Made by a program: the position numbers and the translations under genes
Notes under the pieces: generated by a model
Seen by the model: the letters and a program-made list of their open reading frames with translations, nothing else
Told to the model about the DNA's origin: nothing
The model's database searches: none
Assembly (NCBI RefSeq): GCF_009914755.1
Contig: NC_060931.1
Origin: the human T2T-CHM13v2.0 reference genome, Homo sapiens
DNA: 64,000 nt
Reading direction: 5' to 3' (one strand)
In this document: positions 40,681-55,770 of the stretch, in pieces
How the letters are laid out: the number at the start of each line of letters is the position of its first letter
Numbering within the stretch: position 1 is the first letter of the stretch

Positions 40681-42972
40681 AGTAGAAATAGGCACACTAT
40701 CGGAAGCTTAAGACCGATTTGATGTAAAGTTAATGAAACGAAAATCAGTAACAGCTAATATAATTTATTTATTAGTATGTATCAGGGCTCGTATTTTAAA
40801 CCACCTTATTTTTACCCTCAGGAGTGAACCATAAATTATTTAGTTTCTTCAGAGAATTCTGATTATCAACTCACCTGCAAAGAGGGCAGAGGAGGGAAAA
40901 ACAAAAGCTCTGTTGGGCTGTAAGCATAGTTTCTATACACTTAAAAACACTTTGGGAAATTATAGCTGTTCACTTTTAGGTCACTTTGGCAGTTGAAACC
41001 ATAGCAATGATTTCTAGAAGGCTAAAGGAAAATCTGGTACTGGGTTTTAAAAGTTGACTACCTAGAAACTTTGGTGAAATACGTAATCATCTGGGTCCTA
41101 GAGAGCTGTGTGATGTTGCTTCTTCCTCTCAGTCATTCCAGGCTTTTCTCTTCCCTAGTTCGGCCATCAGAAAAACCAGCCTGACCCATGGAAAAGTCAC
41201 ATGGTGGCCAGGAAGGAAGTGTGTGAGGTTCTTCCCTATAACATCCGGTTTTCCATTTCTGACAGTTAGCAGACGGATTATGCTCACACTTTCACTTCTT
41301 GTAACCAGTCATTTCCACCTCTAGCTAATGGCTTTCTTTCATACATGTACATCTTTCTTAATGCCCTTCTCTTTCCAGATTTTGCCACTAATCTCAGGAA
41401 AATTTTACTTTATCACCTTGCTGTTTATGGGAGTAAAACAAAAAATTTTAAAGAACACAACTCATGTATTTCCTAGAGATATTTCTAATGAAAATACCCC
41501 CCAGCAAACTGAGGCCAGCAGTCTTGAAAGTGTTCCTAAGTTCCTTTGCCAGAGTTCAGCTCCTCCAAACTAAATTGCCTTTTCAAGCACTAGCATTCAG
41601 GATAAATTTTAATTTAATCTAATTTATTGTTTTCCTGATTTCAAGGCATATATTATAATAATTTTTCTACATCTGTGTGTTAGAAGCATATAGGATTTTT
41701 GTCTCTATTGTGAACTCATTAGCCTAAGAAAATACATTCTGACTTCTTAACAATTATAAAGATTATTTTTAGGCCGTGCTTATGAGAAGATTGGCACTTA
41801 TCTGTATTTTTCTTATTTGACTCCTAAGTGTTTATGTTTCTTACCATAATCAAGAACAGTGTGAAGTTAGGTATTCTTCCATTATATGAGTCCTTCACAT
41901 AACCTTTGGAATATCTTTCTGAATTACGAGTATCTTTTCAGTAATTACTTTCTTTCTATTGTTACCATTTATATTGATTTAAGTACTATTTCCTTAAGAA
42001 TTTTTACTATTGCAGATTTGTGGTCTAAGTCTACTTGGAAGCATGGCATTTGAGAGCTGGATCATCTGGTTCAATTATCTCATGTTTCAGAGGAGTAAAT
42101 TGAAACCCAGAAAGGTTAAATGATTCGCTTAAGGTCACACGGTTTAGGTAGAGGCAGGGGTCATTGAGACTTGAGACCAGTGCTCTTTCTACTAAGTCTT
42201 GCAGATTAATTTTCAACTTGACGTACAAGTAACAGAATATATTCTGATAATTACCTTTTTCCCAAAAATGCTAGGAATCCTGGAAAAAGATGACCTTAAG
42301 AATTGATTATCCATTAATCAACTTTTCTGTTGTTGATCTGAAAGCATTTTTTCACTAGACTGTATTTTCCTTTAAGAAATTCCAGGTTGCTTATGTAAAG
42401 TTTGTTACTTTGTTGAAGCATTATAATTTTTGAAATTTATTAAGCTATGTGAACTTTAAATTTTCCTCTCATGATTTTTAGACACCATTGTGGCTTCTCA
42501 TTTTTAATCACTTCTTGGTATTATTTACTCTATTTTATTGGGTAGACTTTCTCCAAGAGCGGGTAAGGACATCTTGTACCCTTATAATAACCACAGAAAA
42601 GTATTGTAGTGTAGAGTTCCAGTGTGTGTGAAAGGTCTTAGGGATTATGGAGCTGTTTCAAACAAGATTGAAATAGTGTCAATTATATTCAGATTTTAAT
42701 TTATAAAATATTAAATTGAACAGATTTACTTTAATTATGATTTTTAAAGACAAGCAAAGAGTGTATTATAAAAATGTACAAATTTATCTTACCCAAATAA
42801 GTTTATAATTCAAAATAAGCAGGAACCATGGTTTGTGTTTCTCTCACTTTGGGCCCTTGCTAATTGTCTTCCATCTACTTAAATATTCTGTATTCCTATA
42901 TTCATCAAATCCTAATGAATCTGTTAGACTTGTTTCTCAACTTTTCCACCTTTTACTTAAAAATATTGTCCT

Positions 42973-43760
<788 letters not shown>

Positions 43761-46455
43761 AAACTACTGTCCTGAGTTAGCCATGAAATGAAATAATAGC
43801 TCTGAGTGTGCACCAAGAAGGGACTCAGCCTCCTGCCATTCTGAATGGCCACTTCATCCTCATACTGGGGTGGAGAAAACACAGCTGTGTTTACTTTTCC
43901 AACCCCATCTTCTATTTTGAAATATAACCTTTTGCAAGTGAGAGCCAAGGTCAAGTGACACAGCTTTCTGCTCACCTCTTCAGTTTGCCAAACATTGTTT
44001 TTCTAGTGGAGTTCTGGGTTAGGTGCAGCAAGTGTGAGTAACACTATCACTCATACGCCCATTGGAATTTAATTAGTCTACCCTCATAATTTCTGTACTC
44101 AATTTGGTATGACACATTTCCTTACTTTCATCTGTATATGAAAACACACAGTTGTGTATTCACCAACTATAGTGTTTCCAAGTATGTGGATTACTCTATA
44201 TATCAAATTCAAATTACACAGAAAATAAGGCTTTTCTTCTCCAATATTTTCCCATTTCTTGAAGAATTATTTACTTTTTGAGATTAGAGAGATGTTTATA
44301 CATAGGGTGAACATGAGCAATTCTAAGTACATACTAAGTATTAGATATTTATGTTTTTGTATAATAATGGTAGAAACAGTGGCAAAGCATACATTTTCAG
44401 CATATATTAAGAGCAGCAGAACAGATTAGTTTTTGTGCTCAGACAACAGCCTTAACATGAAATAACTGTATTCATTGTTGTTTGTCATAACATTTAATTA
44501 TTTGTTCTTAAAAATATATATCATACTTAGGTTATGAGAATGGCAAATGTTCATTCTATCAAAGCACACACCAAAAAATCCAACATGCAGCTGGTACTTA
44601 ATATTTTTAGATTTACTTTCTTCTTGTATTTTTGACTGTATCTTATGCCATTTATTTGCATTCAGTCGATATCATATAAGTGATGTCAATTTATTTATAT
44701 AAAAACAAATTAGTATAATATATTTATATTTTCTTACCAGGTTTAAAATGGAAAGTGTTCCATTTTCTTTCTTATTGTATGTGTAGATGATTGAAGTACT
44801 TTATGTTTCACTGAAATGAGTATTATTCCCTTCAGTGAAATTAATGTTCAGCAATGCTGAGGAGATGGGCAAGATCATTTCTCATTGTTTTCCTTTTAAA
44901 TTATCTGGAAAAAATATGATCTTGTTGCATTACATTCTGAAGAAGTTGAATAGATACTTACAATAAATAAGGCTATATAAACGGGAAGTTAAGTATTAAT
45001 AGAATCCAGTGTGACTAACAAGGGATATCGAGTTCTTCAGACCTGTGGTATACATAATAAGCTTGAAGAATTTGTGCACAAAAGTCTTAACTGTTTTGCA
45101 GCCTTGGTTGTGGTTAGATGCTGTAGTTTTCTAAGCTACTACATGTTGTAACCAGCTTGGTAGATTTAACCTAGTAATAAGATGCTTAGTTTAACTGTTA
45201 GTTTAAAGTCAGTTTCTATAGCGGCACAGTCTTTATTTTTGGACCTTCACTTTCCAATCCAGATGACACTTGTCCATAAAGAAATTGCTAAACTTGAGAC
45301 CTAAAAACAAAACAAAAAACAAAAAAACTACAGACAAGTAACCTTTAAAATTATTTCGCTTGATGGAAATTTACCGGAAGGCTTTAACCAATTCAGTTTG
45401 CTTAGACTCATAAAGAAAATTATGATAATGTCTAGGTAAACTTCAGCAAAACATTTTTTTGTGAAATTATACTATAGTACATAAAATTGAAATATTGCTG
45501 ATTTAATGTAAAAAAAAAAAGAAATCAGCTTGGCCAAGTTGGATTACATTGTTAGAGATTGCTTATGTAGGTGGCATCGACATTGTTACGATCTGGACAC
45601 AGGGGATACATACTTGTTTTATAGTCTATATGTGACTGTCATTGACTTGGAGTATGGGACAGGGAGCATTGGATTTTAAGTCAGAAGACCCAAAGTGTAA
45701 GTCTCTGCCAGTTAGTGGTGGTGTGATAGTCACTAACCTCTGAGCCTCAGAAGATGAGAATGAAATAATAGCTTCCCTGTCAAATTTAGTGAGTTGTGAG
45801 GTTCAAATTAAATACATGTGAAACTACTTTGAAAACTGTATAGAGCACCATACAAATGTTATTTGTTATTTTTCCAAGGTTCTGATGAGAACTTTTCTGA
45901 TCTCTTAGATCTAACTGAATTATCATGAAACTTTGATGAAATTGTACCAGTATGTTGTTTCGTATAGTACTATGGGGCATGCACATGTTTTAAACCCTTA
46001 GTTTGTTATATTTTAAATTTCCAGATCATTTAACATTTGCTTTACTTCGGTTTTTGTTTTGTGTTTTGTTTTGTTTTGGTGTGGTTAATGTGCCTTTTTT
46101 ATGTAAATGGGCAGTAGAAGTTGGTGGGGGTCTTAAGTACTAATAAAGGGCACTCTTTTTCCTTCTTACATCAAGAGCCAATGGAGAAATAAGATCAAAG
46201 AGCCACCAAACAGAGAAACAAGATACATAAAGCTGTGGGTGGATAGTGTAATAGCTAAGATGGACTTGTGCACTCCCACTGTCCCATGTCTACATCTGTG
46301 GGGAAGTTTAAGGCACCACAACAGACTCTCCCTTTGGCCACTTTTTTTCCCCAGTCCAAGTAGAGAGAGAAGGAGAAAGAGACTCTCCCTGGGCCTTAGG
46401 ATATTAGGGTTTAGCTTAGCCCACCTAGAAATACAGGCTTACGCCTGTCATCCAC

Positions 46456-47092
46456 TGTGATAAGAAGAAATATATATTTGGTCTTTGTCTCTGGTTCCTG
46501 ACACTGAGCTTCTAGAACACTTTGAATTTCCTGTGTAATAGGGGTGAGAGGAGCATCTTTTGTTATCCATAACAAGTTCCTTTCAACCATGCCCGATTTT
46601 ATGCAGTAAACCCTCCATTGACATCCTCGATAGGTTCTTGGAAGCTACAACTTTAAGCAAAACAACATATAACAAAACCAGTTTTACTGTAGATTGATTG
46701 ATAGAAATAAGAGTTAAGTTGCTATGGTATATTTGTGGTCACAAAAAATCACCAAACTTCTAAATAAAGATCAAAACACTTCTAATAGTAAACACTGAAA
46801 TAAATGTGAGCTCTACATTTAGAAATATTAATAAAGACAAGTAAGAACATTACTCACCCAGTTATTTGAATTTGGACTTGCCAGAGCATATCCCAGCAGC
46901 TCAGGGTGTGAGGGGGTACCCAGAGCTGGACAGGGCACCATCCCATCACAGGGCACACTCATACACACCCACACTCAAGCAGATGGGGACAACGCAGACA
47001 CTCCAGTTCTTCTAACATGCACAGCTTGGGGATGTGTGAGGAAACCAGGGTACCTGAAGAAAACCCAGCTAGACATGAGGAGAACATGAAAA

Positions 47093-47133
<41 letters not shown>

Positions 47134-47902
47134 GGCGTCTTGAAGAATTGAGTTTTTTTTCTTATCCATGTTGTAACATTGAATAAAAACAATGTTATCT
47201 GAGGACCCACTGTACTAATGAGATGGCTCTTGGTGGTTTCTAGATAGCATCAGAATGAAGGACCATTTGCCAGAGGAACCAACCATGTAATTAGAGGGTT
47301 GGAACCATCAGACCCACTCCTTAACCTCTGGGAAGGAAGAAGAGCTAGAGATTGAGTTAATCACCAGTGGCCAATGATTTTTATGCCTATGTAATAAAAC
47401 CTCCATAAAAACCTCTAAATAGTGGGTTCCAGGAGTTTCTGGATTGGTGAACACATTGAGGTGCTAGAAGGGCGAGGTCCTGGAAGGGGTGTGGGAGCCC
47501 CAAACTCCTTCCCCTGATCTTGCCCTATGCATCTCTTCTGTTTGACTGTTCATGAGGGTATCCTCTGTAATAAGCCAATAGTGTGAAGAAAATTGTTTTT
47601 CTGGGTTTTGTAAGCTGCTCTAGCAAATTATCAACCCGGAGGAGGGGGTTGTGGGAATCCTTGACTTTATAGCTCGTCAGTCAAAAGTACCTGTGACCTG
47701 AATTTGTGATTGGCATCTGAAATGGGCGCAGCCTTGTGAGACTGATCCCTGAACCTGTGGGGTTTGGGCTACCTCCAGGAAGTTAGCGTTGGAATTGAAT
47801 TGAATTGTAGAACACTCCGTTGTTATTCGGGGAGTTGGAGAATTGGTTGGTATGAGGAAAAAGCCCATGTGTTTAGTGTCATAAGTGTTGTGACTAAAAA
47901 CA
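46456..47902 (+). mobile_element. MER21C LTR interrupted by MER6
   Basis: tgtgataagaa...ggttcctgacac.gagct; resumes ctaatgagatggct...agagctagagattgagttaatcacc. Confidence 0.8.
46604..47212 (+). mobile_element. MER6/MER6A (TcMar-Tigger) with internal (CA)n at ~47095-47131
   Basis: cagtaa...gataggttcttggaa...gatgtgtgaggaaaccagggtacctgaagaaaaccca...gaggacccactg followed by TA. Confidence 0.78.
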
Positions 47903-48286
47903 ATATAGACCCACCAACTAGGTAACTCAGCCTACCTCCTTGGGGAGGAATAAGGGGTGGAGGAGAAGGCCAGAGTTCCTTACAGAAAAAAATCCCTGTT
48001 TATGGAAACCAGAGAAGTAGATATGAGGCTTTTCCTCTAACAGAGGTGAACAGCAATTAAATAAATGGAATTCACCTGCCCATCCTCTTGCCTACCCTCC
48101 TTTGCAGCTCTCATCTCTGAGGCTCTCCTTCCTTTTCAGTACCTACCTAGTCCTGCCACCCTGTTGCTGTTCATGTCCATTGTCCCCAAGCATAGGCTAC
48201 ACCACAGCCCCTCCAGATTATACCATGTAGCTGGAGAGAAACACTGATTCCTGGGAGAGAAGAGTTGTGTAAGGCAGGTTGGTTAA

Positions 48287-48328
48287 GGGGACTTTGGAGT
48301 AGATGAGGGGACTTTGGAGTAGATGAGG
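48287..48328. repeat. Perfect 20-bp tandem duplication (GGGGACTTTGGAGTAGATGA x2)
   Basis: Read directly. Confidence 0.92.
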
Positions 48329-48679
48329 CTAGCTCAGTGAGAAGATGGGTCTGTAGGAAAAATCTTTCCCCAACAATTTCATCTACATTGTGGCAGGACC
48401 CCATTAAACTTCCTTTAGGAGATGTATTTGTAAAGCTGTTCATTTGGCAAGTCAAGGAATAACTTATCTCATGCTTGAGGAAATGGATGTAGCTGGAGTC
48501 ACAAACCAGTTTATCTCTGCATTTAATACCATCCATAGTTTATCATGTTGGTGATAACGGGCAAAATGGGTTTGGTAAAATCTTAGAAAAACAAAGAAAC
48601 AAATGCAGGAATTGAGGGCCAACATCCTAATTCCTAGCTTATTTAGAAGAAATGTGAATATAAAATTTATGAAGAGATT

Positions 48680-50350
48680 TAGACTATTCAGTCATTCAGT
48701 AAACATGTATTGATTATCTGTTATGAGCCCCACATTGTGCTGGCTGGGAAGGAAATGGGAATGAAAGCTGTAGTCCCTGGCTTTGAACAGCCCGTAGGTT
48801 TGTGGGGGTGACAGGGAATTCTAGTCGAGTGTGATGTGTGCTGTGAGAGAAGTATGCATAAGCTGTTAAGGGAACACAGGGATGGTTACTTGGCCCACGT
48901 TTGGGGAGTTAGTTGGGGAAGTCTTTCTAAAAGAGGCTTGTGTGACCTGGAAGGGCAAATTGAAATAGGCAAGATGAAGGGAGTAGAAGAGAGGATGTCT
49001 TAACTTAGGTTTAAGTAATTCAATGAGCCAAGGCTCAGAGCTAAAGAGAAAGCGTGTGTACACACACATGCATGAATCTACATACATGTCTACTTTTGAG
49101 GGAGTGGAAAGCAGTAGGCACCATGAAAAGGTTTGGTTAACAGCGGATAGCTTGGTATGGATGCAGTAAAGAGTTTAGGAATAAGAGTACAAGAAATTGG
49201 AGGGGTAAGCAAGGCCAGGTCATGCTTGTGTGTCGTGATAAGGAGTTTGGTCTTTTTTCAAAGGCATTGAGGAATGTTAAGCAAGGAAGAGAATGTGTTT
49301 TATATGCTACAAGTGGTAGGGAGAGTGTAGTGTAGGGTAGTAAAGCTGTACATGGGAAACTCTTGCAGCATTCCAGGAAGAAGACCTTAGTATCCTGAAT
49401 GAAGAGAATGACATGAACCTGAAGAGAAATGGATGAATTAGGGGAGATATTAAAAGCAGAAAAGTCAATAGGACTCAGTGATTTATTGCATGAAGGAAGT
49501 GAGAGGGAAGGAAACGTCAAAGATGATACAGGTTTCTGTGCTGGGCAACTATATAGGTTCTCTTCACTGATACAGAAAATATTGGAAGATTGGAAGAGCA
49601 TTAAGTTTGAGGTAAGGTTAAGGTAAGGAAGGGACTAAGCTAAGAGCCAGGTTTAAAACATGTTGAGTGTAAGATGTCCTGTGGAATATGCAAAAGGAAA
49701 CGTATAATAGGAGTTGAACATATGGATCAGGAACTCTAGAGAGAAATCCGAGTTTGAGATTGGTATATGTGCATGTATCTACATACATATTACTTTTGGG
49801 GGAGTGGAAGAGTGGAGCAGTAGGCATGCTCCATATCAGATAAGCTCATCCGAAGAAGTGTGTTGAGATTAGGAAGAGTAAAGGAACAGAAATGGAACCC
49901 TAAAGAACACCATCACTTGAGAAATAGACAAAAAGAATAAGCAGCTAGACATGTAGAAAACAAAACTAACAAGTGTACCGAAGCCAAGAACTAAAAATTC
50001 AGAGTCAGTAGCAGTAAGTGCTACAAAGTGGTCATTTCAGATTAGCACTTCCAAACATTTTCTGAATTTAGCAAGAGAGTGATTATTAGTAACCTTTGTG
50101 AAAGCAGACTCAGTAGAGGGGTGCAGGCAGGAGGCAGGTTGCAGTGGGTGAGGGAGGCATGGCAGACAGTGTGTGCCAACAATGGTCTCAGCCTCGCTGT
50201 GAAAAAAACATAGAAAGATAGTATGGGAGTTAGGAAGGTGATATTCCAATAGGCAATATAGAGTTGAGTCGAATTTTAAAAAATGGTTAATTGCTTCTAG
50301 GAAAGATTAGCAATTAGGAGACTCCCCCTAATTGATGAAGCCATGTCCTT
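48680..50350 (-). mobile_element. L2 remnant carrying local duplication D
   Basis: cattcagtaaacatgtattga 3' tail; ggactcagtgattt...gaaacgtcaaagatgatacaggtttctg. Confidence 0.7.
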
Positions 50351-53300
50351 GAAGAGTTTGCACTGGGTGGATCTGCAGCCCTGGAAGCTCTGGGGAAGGG
50401 GTTGGATACAAATGCAGATACATTTGTTGGGGGGTAGAGCAGATAGAGGAGATCCTCACTCGGTGGTTGCTGTTTTCTCTGTGAAGTAGGAGGCTGGCCC
50501 ACCTGCCAGCAGCGAGGAGGAAGCTGGTGATATAGGGCTAGAGGAGAGAAGAGAAAGGGGAAATGTGTGCTGAGAATCATGAGGCGGGAAGGCCTACTGG
50601 GAAAATATGAGCTGCCTGGACAGCTTACGGTTGGAGTTTATGAATTTCTATAAACCAACTTTAAAACAGTTTTTAAAAAATCACTGAAACAGCCTTTTGT
50701 GTTTTCAAAACCAGTATTAAATAGGATCCTGCATTTAACGCACTATTTCTTGCCTGGTTCCTTTCCTGAAGTGCTTCTCTTTCCTCTTTCCACCGCGCCC
50801 CCACTCTAGTTGGCTAGTAGAGAAGATTTTTCCAGCTTCAGACAAACCACTTTTCCAAGAATACATGGAACAGATTACAGAAGCAAGTAACAGCCTGCTT
50901 ACTTCCCCTTCTGCACTTGTATGTACGTTCAGCTGGAGTTCTGAAAAGAGGAAGTCGGGAGAACATTTTTTTCTTTTTAAAAGAAAGATTGGAGAACCAC
51001 GGAGCACAAGCAGGTAGAAATATTGAAGGAAAGAGAAAGAAGAGAAAATGGAAAAAATACTGAAAAAAAAAAAAATCATGAGCCGGAAGGTAAACCAAAA
51101 TGATGTCAGAGACTAGGAAAGGAACAGAGAAAATAATCTGCCTTCTAACCTAGCCTCTTAGTTTGCTACTGAAATACAGCGTTCTTGAACTGGAGCCCTC
51201 ACTTCTAGGCAAAACTAACACCTAGGCCACATGGAGATAGAAATCTTCTGTGAATTCAGCTTCTCCCCCCTAATTTCTGTATCAGTGACAACATATCCTG
51301 GGTTTTTATTTCTTTCTTTGACCTAACCTTTCAATTTTAAAATCAAGTCTGAGTGCCTAGAGTATCTGAAAAAGAAGGGGACCAGATCTAGTGCCATTCA
51401 AAAACATTTAATGAGCACTTTGTATATATAGGTGCTGTTCTGGGTACTGGGAACTTGGAGAAAAAGAGGAAACAATCTTTGCCGTTGCAATATGATTTCT
51501 CCCAAGTGAAAGGAGACTATTGCTTAGGAATTACATAGGTGCAGGACACCAACTCTCAGGCATTTAATAGCTAGACAGACATTTATTAGTGACCAGCTTC
51601 TTATAAAAAATAAAAAGCTTGAGTACTGCCTTAACTGTGCCATAGCTTATATCACCTTCTCCTAACCTCTGTCCCCTGATGCTTCTAACTCAGATTTGCC
51701 CCTCCACCTCACCCCACAGTCAAGAAGCTGATGTAATGCAAGCAGATACCAGCTGAAGCCAGAATAGAATGGATAGTTATCTAGGGAGATAAAGTGACAG
51801 TGTTGCTTGTTCAGGCTATTGTTCAAAGAAGCATGTCTTTTATTTATAGAAATTAGAATTTAAAGGCATAGACAGCCAGAGCTTGATATTACCTCTTCTT
51901 TTTGTAACTTGTTTTCTAGAAATATGCTTGATACAGCTACCTTCTTTGCATGTAAATTGAATGTGTTGGAAGAGTGTTTTATACCTGGTTTCATGTTCTT
52001 TTAATAGGTTCTATTGCTGTTTTAGTTAAGGCTGGTTTCTAAATTTTAATGCATCAATATTTTGCTTTTATAGCATACTACTTTATCTCTGTCTGAGGCA
52101 TAGGTTGCAGAAAAAAGCAGGAGGTTTTAAAAGAAGCCAAATATTGATGACTTTCCTATTAATAAAATATTCATAATTTAGTTGGATATAGCTAAGTAGA
52201 TGAGGTCTCCAATTGTTAGTGCGTCTGCAAAGTTGGCGCCTCCTAATAGACTTCATGGTGGTTACTGGAATTTTGTGCCAGGAAAAATGTAGTTGTCTGT
52301 TCTTAAACCTGAATTTCCTTGCTTTCAAACACCCAAGAGCGAGGTTCACAAGGATGCCACTAACCTTCTGTTGCTCCGGGGAAGTGACTTCATTTTTCCA
52401 CCCCTTTGCTGAAAAGTGTTATATGCCTTGTATTCTTGGAGTGTGTTTTTTCCTAAGCTCTGAGAAGATTTTTAAGATTGAACCTCATGAATTTTTACAC
52501 CCCTCTGCAAGAAAGGGAGGAAGAGTGCCTGTAAACCTCTTTGAATTACTTGAAATAAAGATAATAGAATGTAAGGAATGAAAATAAATTTGGCCAGTCA
52601 ATTTTTTAACAGGTTAACTGATGAACAAGAAATAGTTTTTATACAAACATATGAAAACAGCTTATAACAGCAAACTTTATTTGTTGTAATGATGTAAATA
52701 AGAATATTAATTTTCTTTGTAAGATTAAAAACATCTGACACGGTATGCTCATATTTAAACTAAGTAAGGGCAACCGCTAATAATTTGAAAAAGAAGTATT
52801 AAAGCTAGGTTTATGAAGAAACTATACTCAGAAACATTATGATAGCATTTCTGTGAACAGGATTCATCACAAAAATAACAAATACGCTTTATGAACTTAG
52901 TATTTGAATTAATTTTCTGAAATTTGGCTATTAACCAAAAGGTTAATTGAGTCTTTTCTTCTTGCTCTATTGTGGTTAACATACTAATTCTTCCCATTAA
53001 AGACCCATTTTATTATGCAAATGAAAAAAATCACAAGACTTTGTGTCTAAGAGAAAGCTGCTTTTTTGGAGGGGAACTCATGCACCTGTTTAAACCCCCA
53101 GCCCCCACCACTGCTTCCATTGGCTGCCAGACTTAGTGATCAGGTTTATAGGCTGTAGGGTCCTTGAATTTTGACTCACATTTTCTTTGTGACTTACTCT
53201 TGTTTTGGCTTATATTTCTCCCCTTCCAGCTCTCAGCATGCCAACAGCAGCTGCATCATGGCACTCACCCTGCTGCCAAGAGGGCAGGCAGCCTCCTTGG

Positions 53301-53869
53301 AGACTGTAATGTTGCACTATAGCCAACAGTTAAGAGATAGATGCTGGAGTAATACTTACAGCACAGCTGAAATTCACATCATCCTAGGAGGCATTTGGTG
53401 GAACACTTTGCCCATCGTATTGTTAAACTAATTTTTAAAAACTTAATTATGAAAAATTTTCAAGCTTATACAAAGGTGGAAAGAATACTATAGTGCATTC
53501 CCACTTACCTTCATGTCTGTTTCAATAATTATCAACTCACAGACAATTTTTCACTGTCCACGGTGTTTTTCCCATGGTCTTATCCAGACTGCTGGTAGAT
53601 TCATTTCCAGGGATAAATATATCTTAAACTAGAGTTGCTTTTCCATCCTTCTTCAGCCTGTCTGTAAGATCTGTCACCTTAATGATTTTCTCAGTCCTTT
53701 CTTCTTTAAGGTACAAAATATTAGCATCTTTTTTCTTCCTAAATTAAGCCAAGATATGCTACTTTAATAACTGTTATATTTTCTAATGCTGTACCCTAAA
53801 ATTGTTGAAGCACTGTTCATTCAGTCAATCATTCTATCCAAAGCATGTCTGAAATGTGCAGGATCTTGG

Positions 53870-54105
53870 AATATAGAGCTTTAATGGTCATTGGGTTTGA
53901 TTATCAGTTTCACCACTGACAAGCTGTGTAATCTGGGACAACTTCCTTAACCTCTCTGTGCCTCAGTTTCCTCTTGTCTTTAATACGGGACTAATAGGAG
54001 CACATACCCTTACAAGGCTGTTGTAAGACTTAAATGAGCAAATACATTTAAACAGCTTAGATACAGCCTGACACAGTGTTCCGTATATGCTAGTTGCTGT
54101 CTTGT
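53870..54105 (+). mobile_element. MIR
   Basis: agctgtgtaatctgggacaacttccttaacctctctgtgcctcagtttcctc core. Confidence 0.82.
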
Positions 54106-54647
54106 CATCATTGTCATCCTAGTTGTCTTCATCATCTTCATCTTTTGTCCCTCTTCACTCATTTTACATAATAGTGGGTTGAGGCTCAAATGGGTAAAGC
54201 AACCCCCTTCAGGTCAGATGGCAGTTTTATCAGGATAACTTGAATGAGAAAGCATGTCCCAATTTTTTTACTGTACTAGATATAGTTTGATACATTCTTG
54301 TCCTCAAGGAATTACGTTCTCACAAATAACAGAGAATTGTCAAAAAAAAAAGAGGATTAATAAAAATATGAGGAATAAATATTGCTGCTGGAGAGTTAAG
54401 CCTTAGGCACTGCGTGTTTCAAGAGGAAGAGAGAGAACCTCAGCTGCTGGGGAGTCCTTGCCACACTCAGTCTCCCACCACATCAAGAATCTCCCCTCCG
54501 CAGTTCCATGCAGACCTCCGAAAGAGGAGGGGGCCTTCATGTCCCATCAGTAAAGTCTGCTCTACTCAGCCATAAAAAAATAAAAAATAAAAAATAAAAA
54601 AAAAAAGAAGTTGTGTGTTTAGAAAGCAAAATGCTACAGGTAATGTA

Positions 54648-55223
54648 CAGGCATACCTCGAAGATATTTCGGGTTCAGTTCTACATCACTGCAGTAAAGT
54701 GAAAATTGCATTAAAGTGAGCCACATAAATTTTTTTGTTTCCCACTACATATAAAAGTTATGCTTACACTATATTGTCATCTATTAAGTGTGCAATAGCA
54801 GTATGTCTAAACAAATGTACATGTCTTAATTAAAAGTATACTGAGCTGTCTCAGGGAAGTCTGAGGAGAGGCAGATAGGGGAATGGCCAACTAGTTGGTG
54901 GAACAATCAGAACACACACAACATTTATCAGTTAAATTTGTCATCTTACATGGGCATGGTTCGTGGCACTGCAAAACAAATACAATAATAGCATCAAAGA
55001 TCACTGATCATGCCTCACCAAAGCAGATAGAATAACGAAAAAATTTGAAATATTGTGGGAATTATAATAATGTGACATAGACACACAAAGTGAGCACATG
55101 CTGCTGGATAAATGACTCCAGTAGACTTACTTGATGCAGGGTTGCCACAAACCTTCAATTTGTAAAAAATGGAGTATCTATGAAGTACCGTAAAGCAAAG
55201 TGCAATAAAAGAATGTATGCCTA
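54648..55223 (+). mobile_element. Tigger2a-type DNA transposon
   Basis: TA-caggcatacctcg...gtatgccta-TA terminal inverted repeats; gcagggttgccacaaaccttcaatttgtaaaaaa. Confidence 0.85.
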
Positions 55224-55509
55224 TACCTCCACTTTAGTGCAGAATGTGGGATGTCAGGAATGCTTTTGTTTAAAAAAGGAGATGATTTCGCTAATGAAAC
55301 TCTAGAACATTCTATACACAACCAAAAAAGAAAAGAAAGTTTGAGTGGGATGAGACTACCAGATCTAGGGAACATTTACACATGAGATTAAGAGAGAAAG
55401 CAAGAAATAAAAGGAGAGGGAAAGGTATTATTTGAACTACCAGTGAGTGTCAAAAGAGATGAATGGATTCTAAACTTCATCTAAACCCAAATGGGATCTG
55501 GCATTTCTA

Positions 55510-55770
55510 AAATGTTATTTATTCACTTACTTTAACCTGTGCCGAGCACTGTTCTGCTTACTTATAAATATAACTTTATTTAATCCTTGCATTTAACAAT
55601 CCTATGAAATAGCTAACTGTTATCAATCTCATAATACAGCTAAGGAAACTGAGGCACGGAGAAGTTAAATATTTTGCCCAAGGCCATTTGCTTATTAATA
55701 AACAAGAGACCTGGGATTTATACCAAGCAGCGTGGTTCTGGAATCTGTGCTCCTAACCACTTTGTTCTCC
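55510..55770 (-). mobile_element. MIR
   Basis: aggaaactgaggcacggagaagttaa...ttgcccaaggcca. Confidence 0.78.

Noticed and set aside
49137-49601. Longest ORF in the window (154 aa)
   Set aside because: Lies in a decayed L2, is low-complexity (S/L/P/F-rich), and shows no recognisable domain or splice context.
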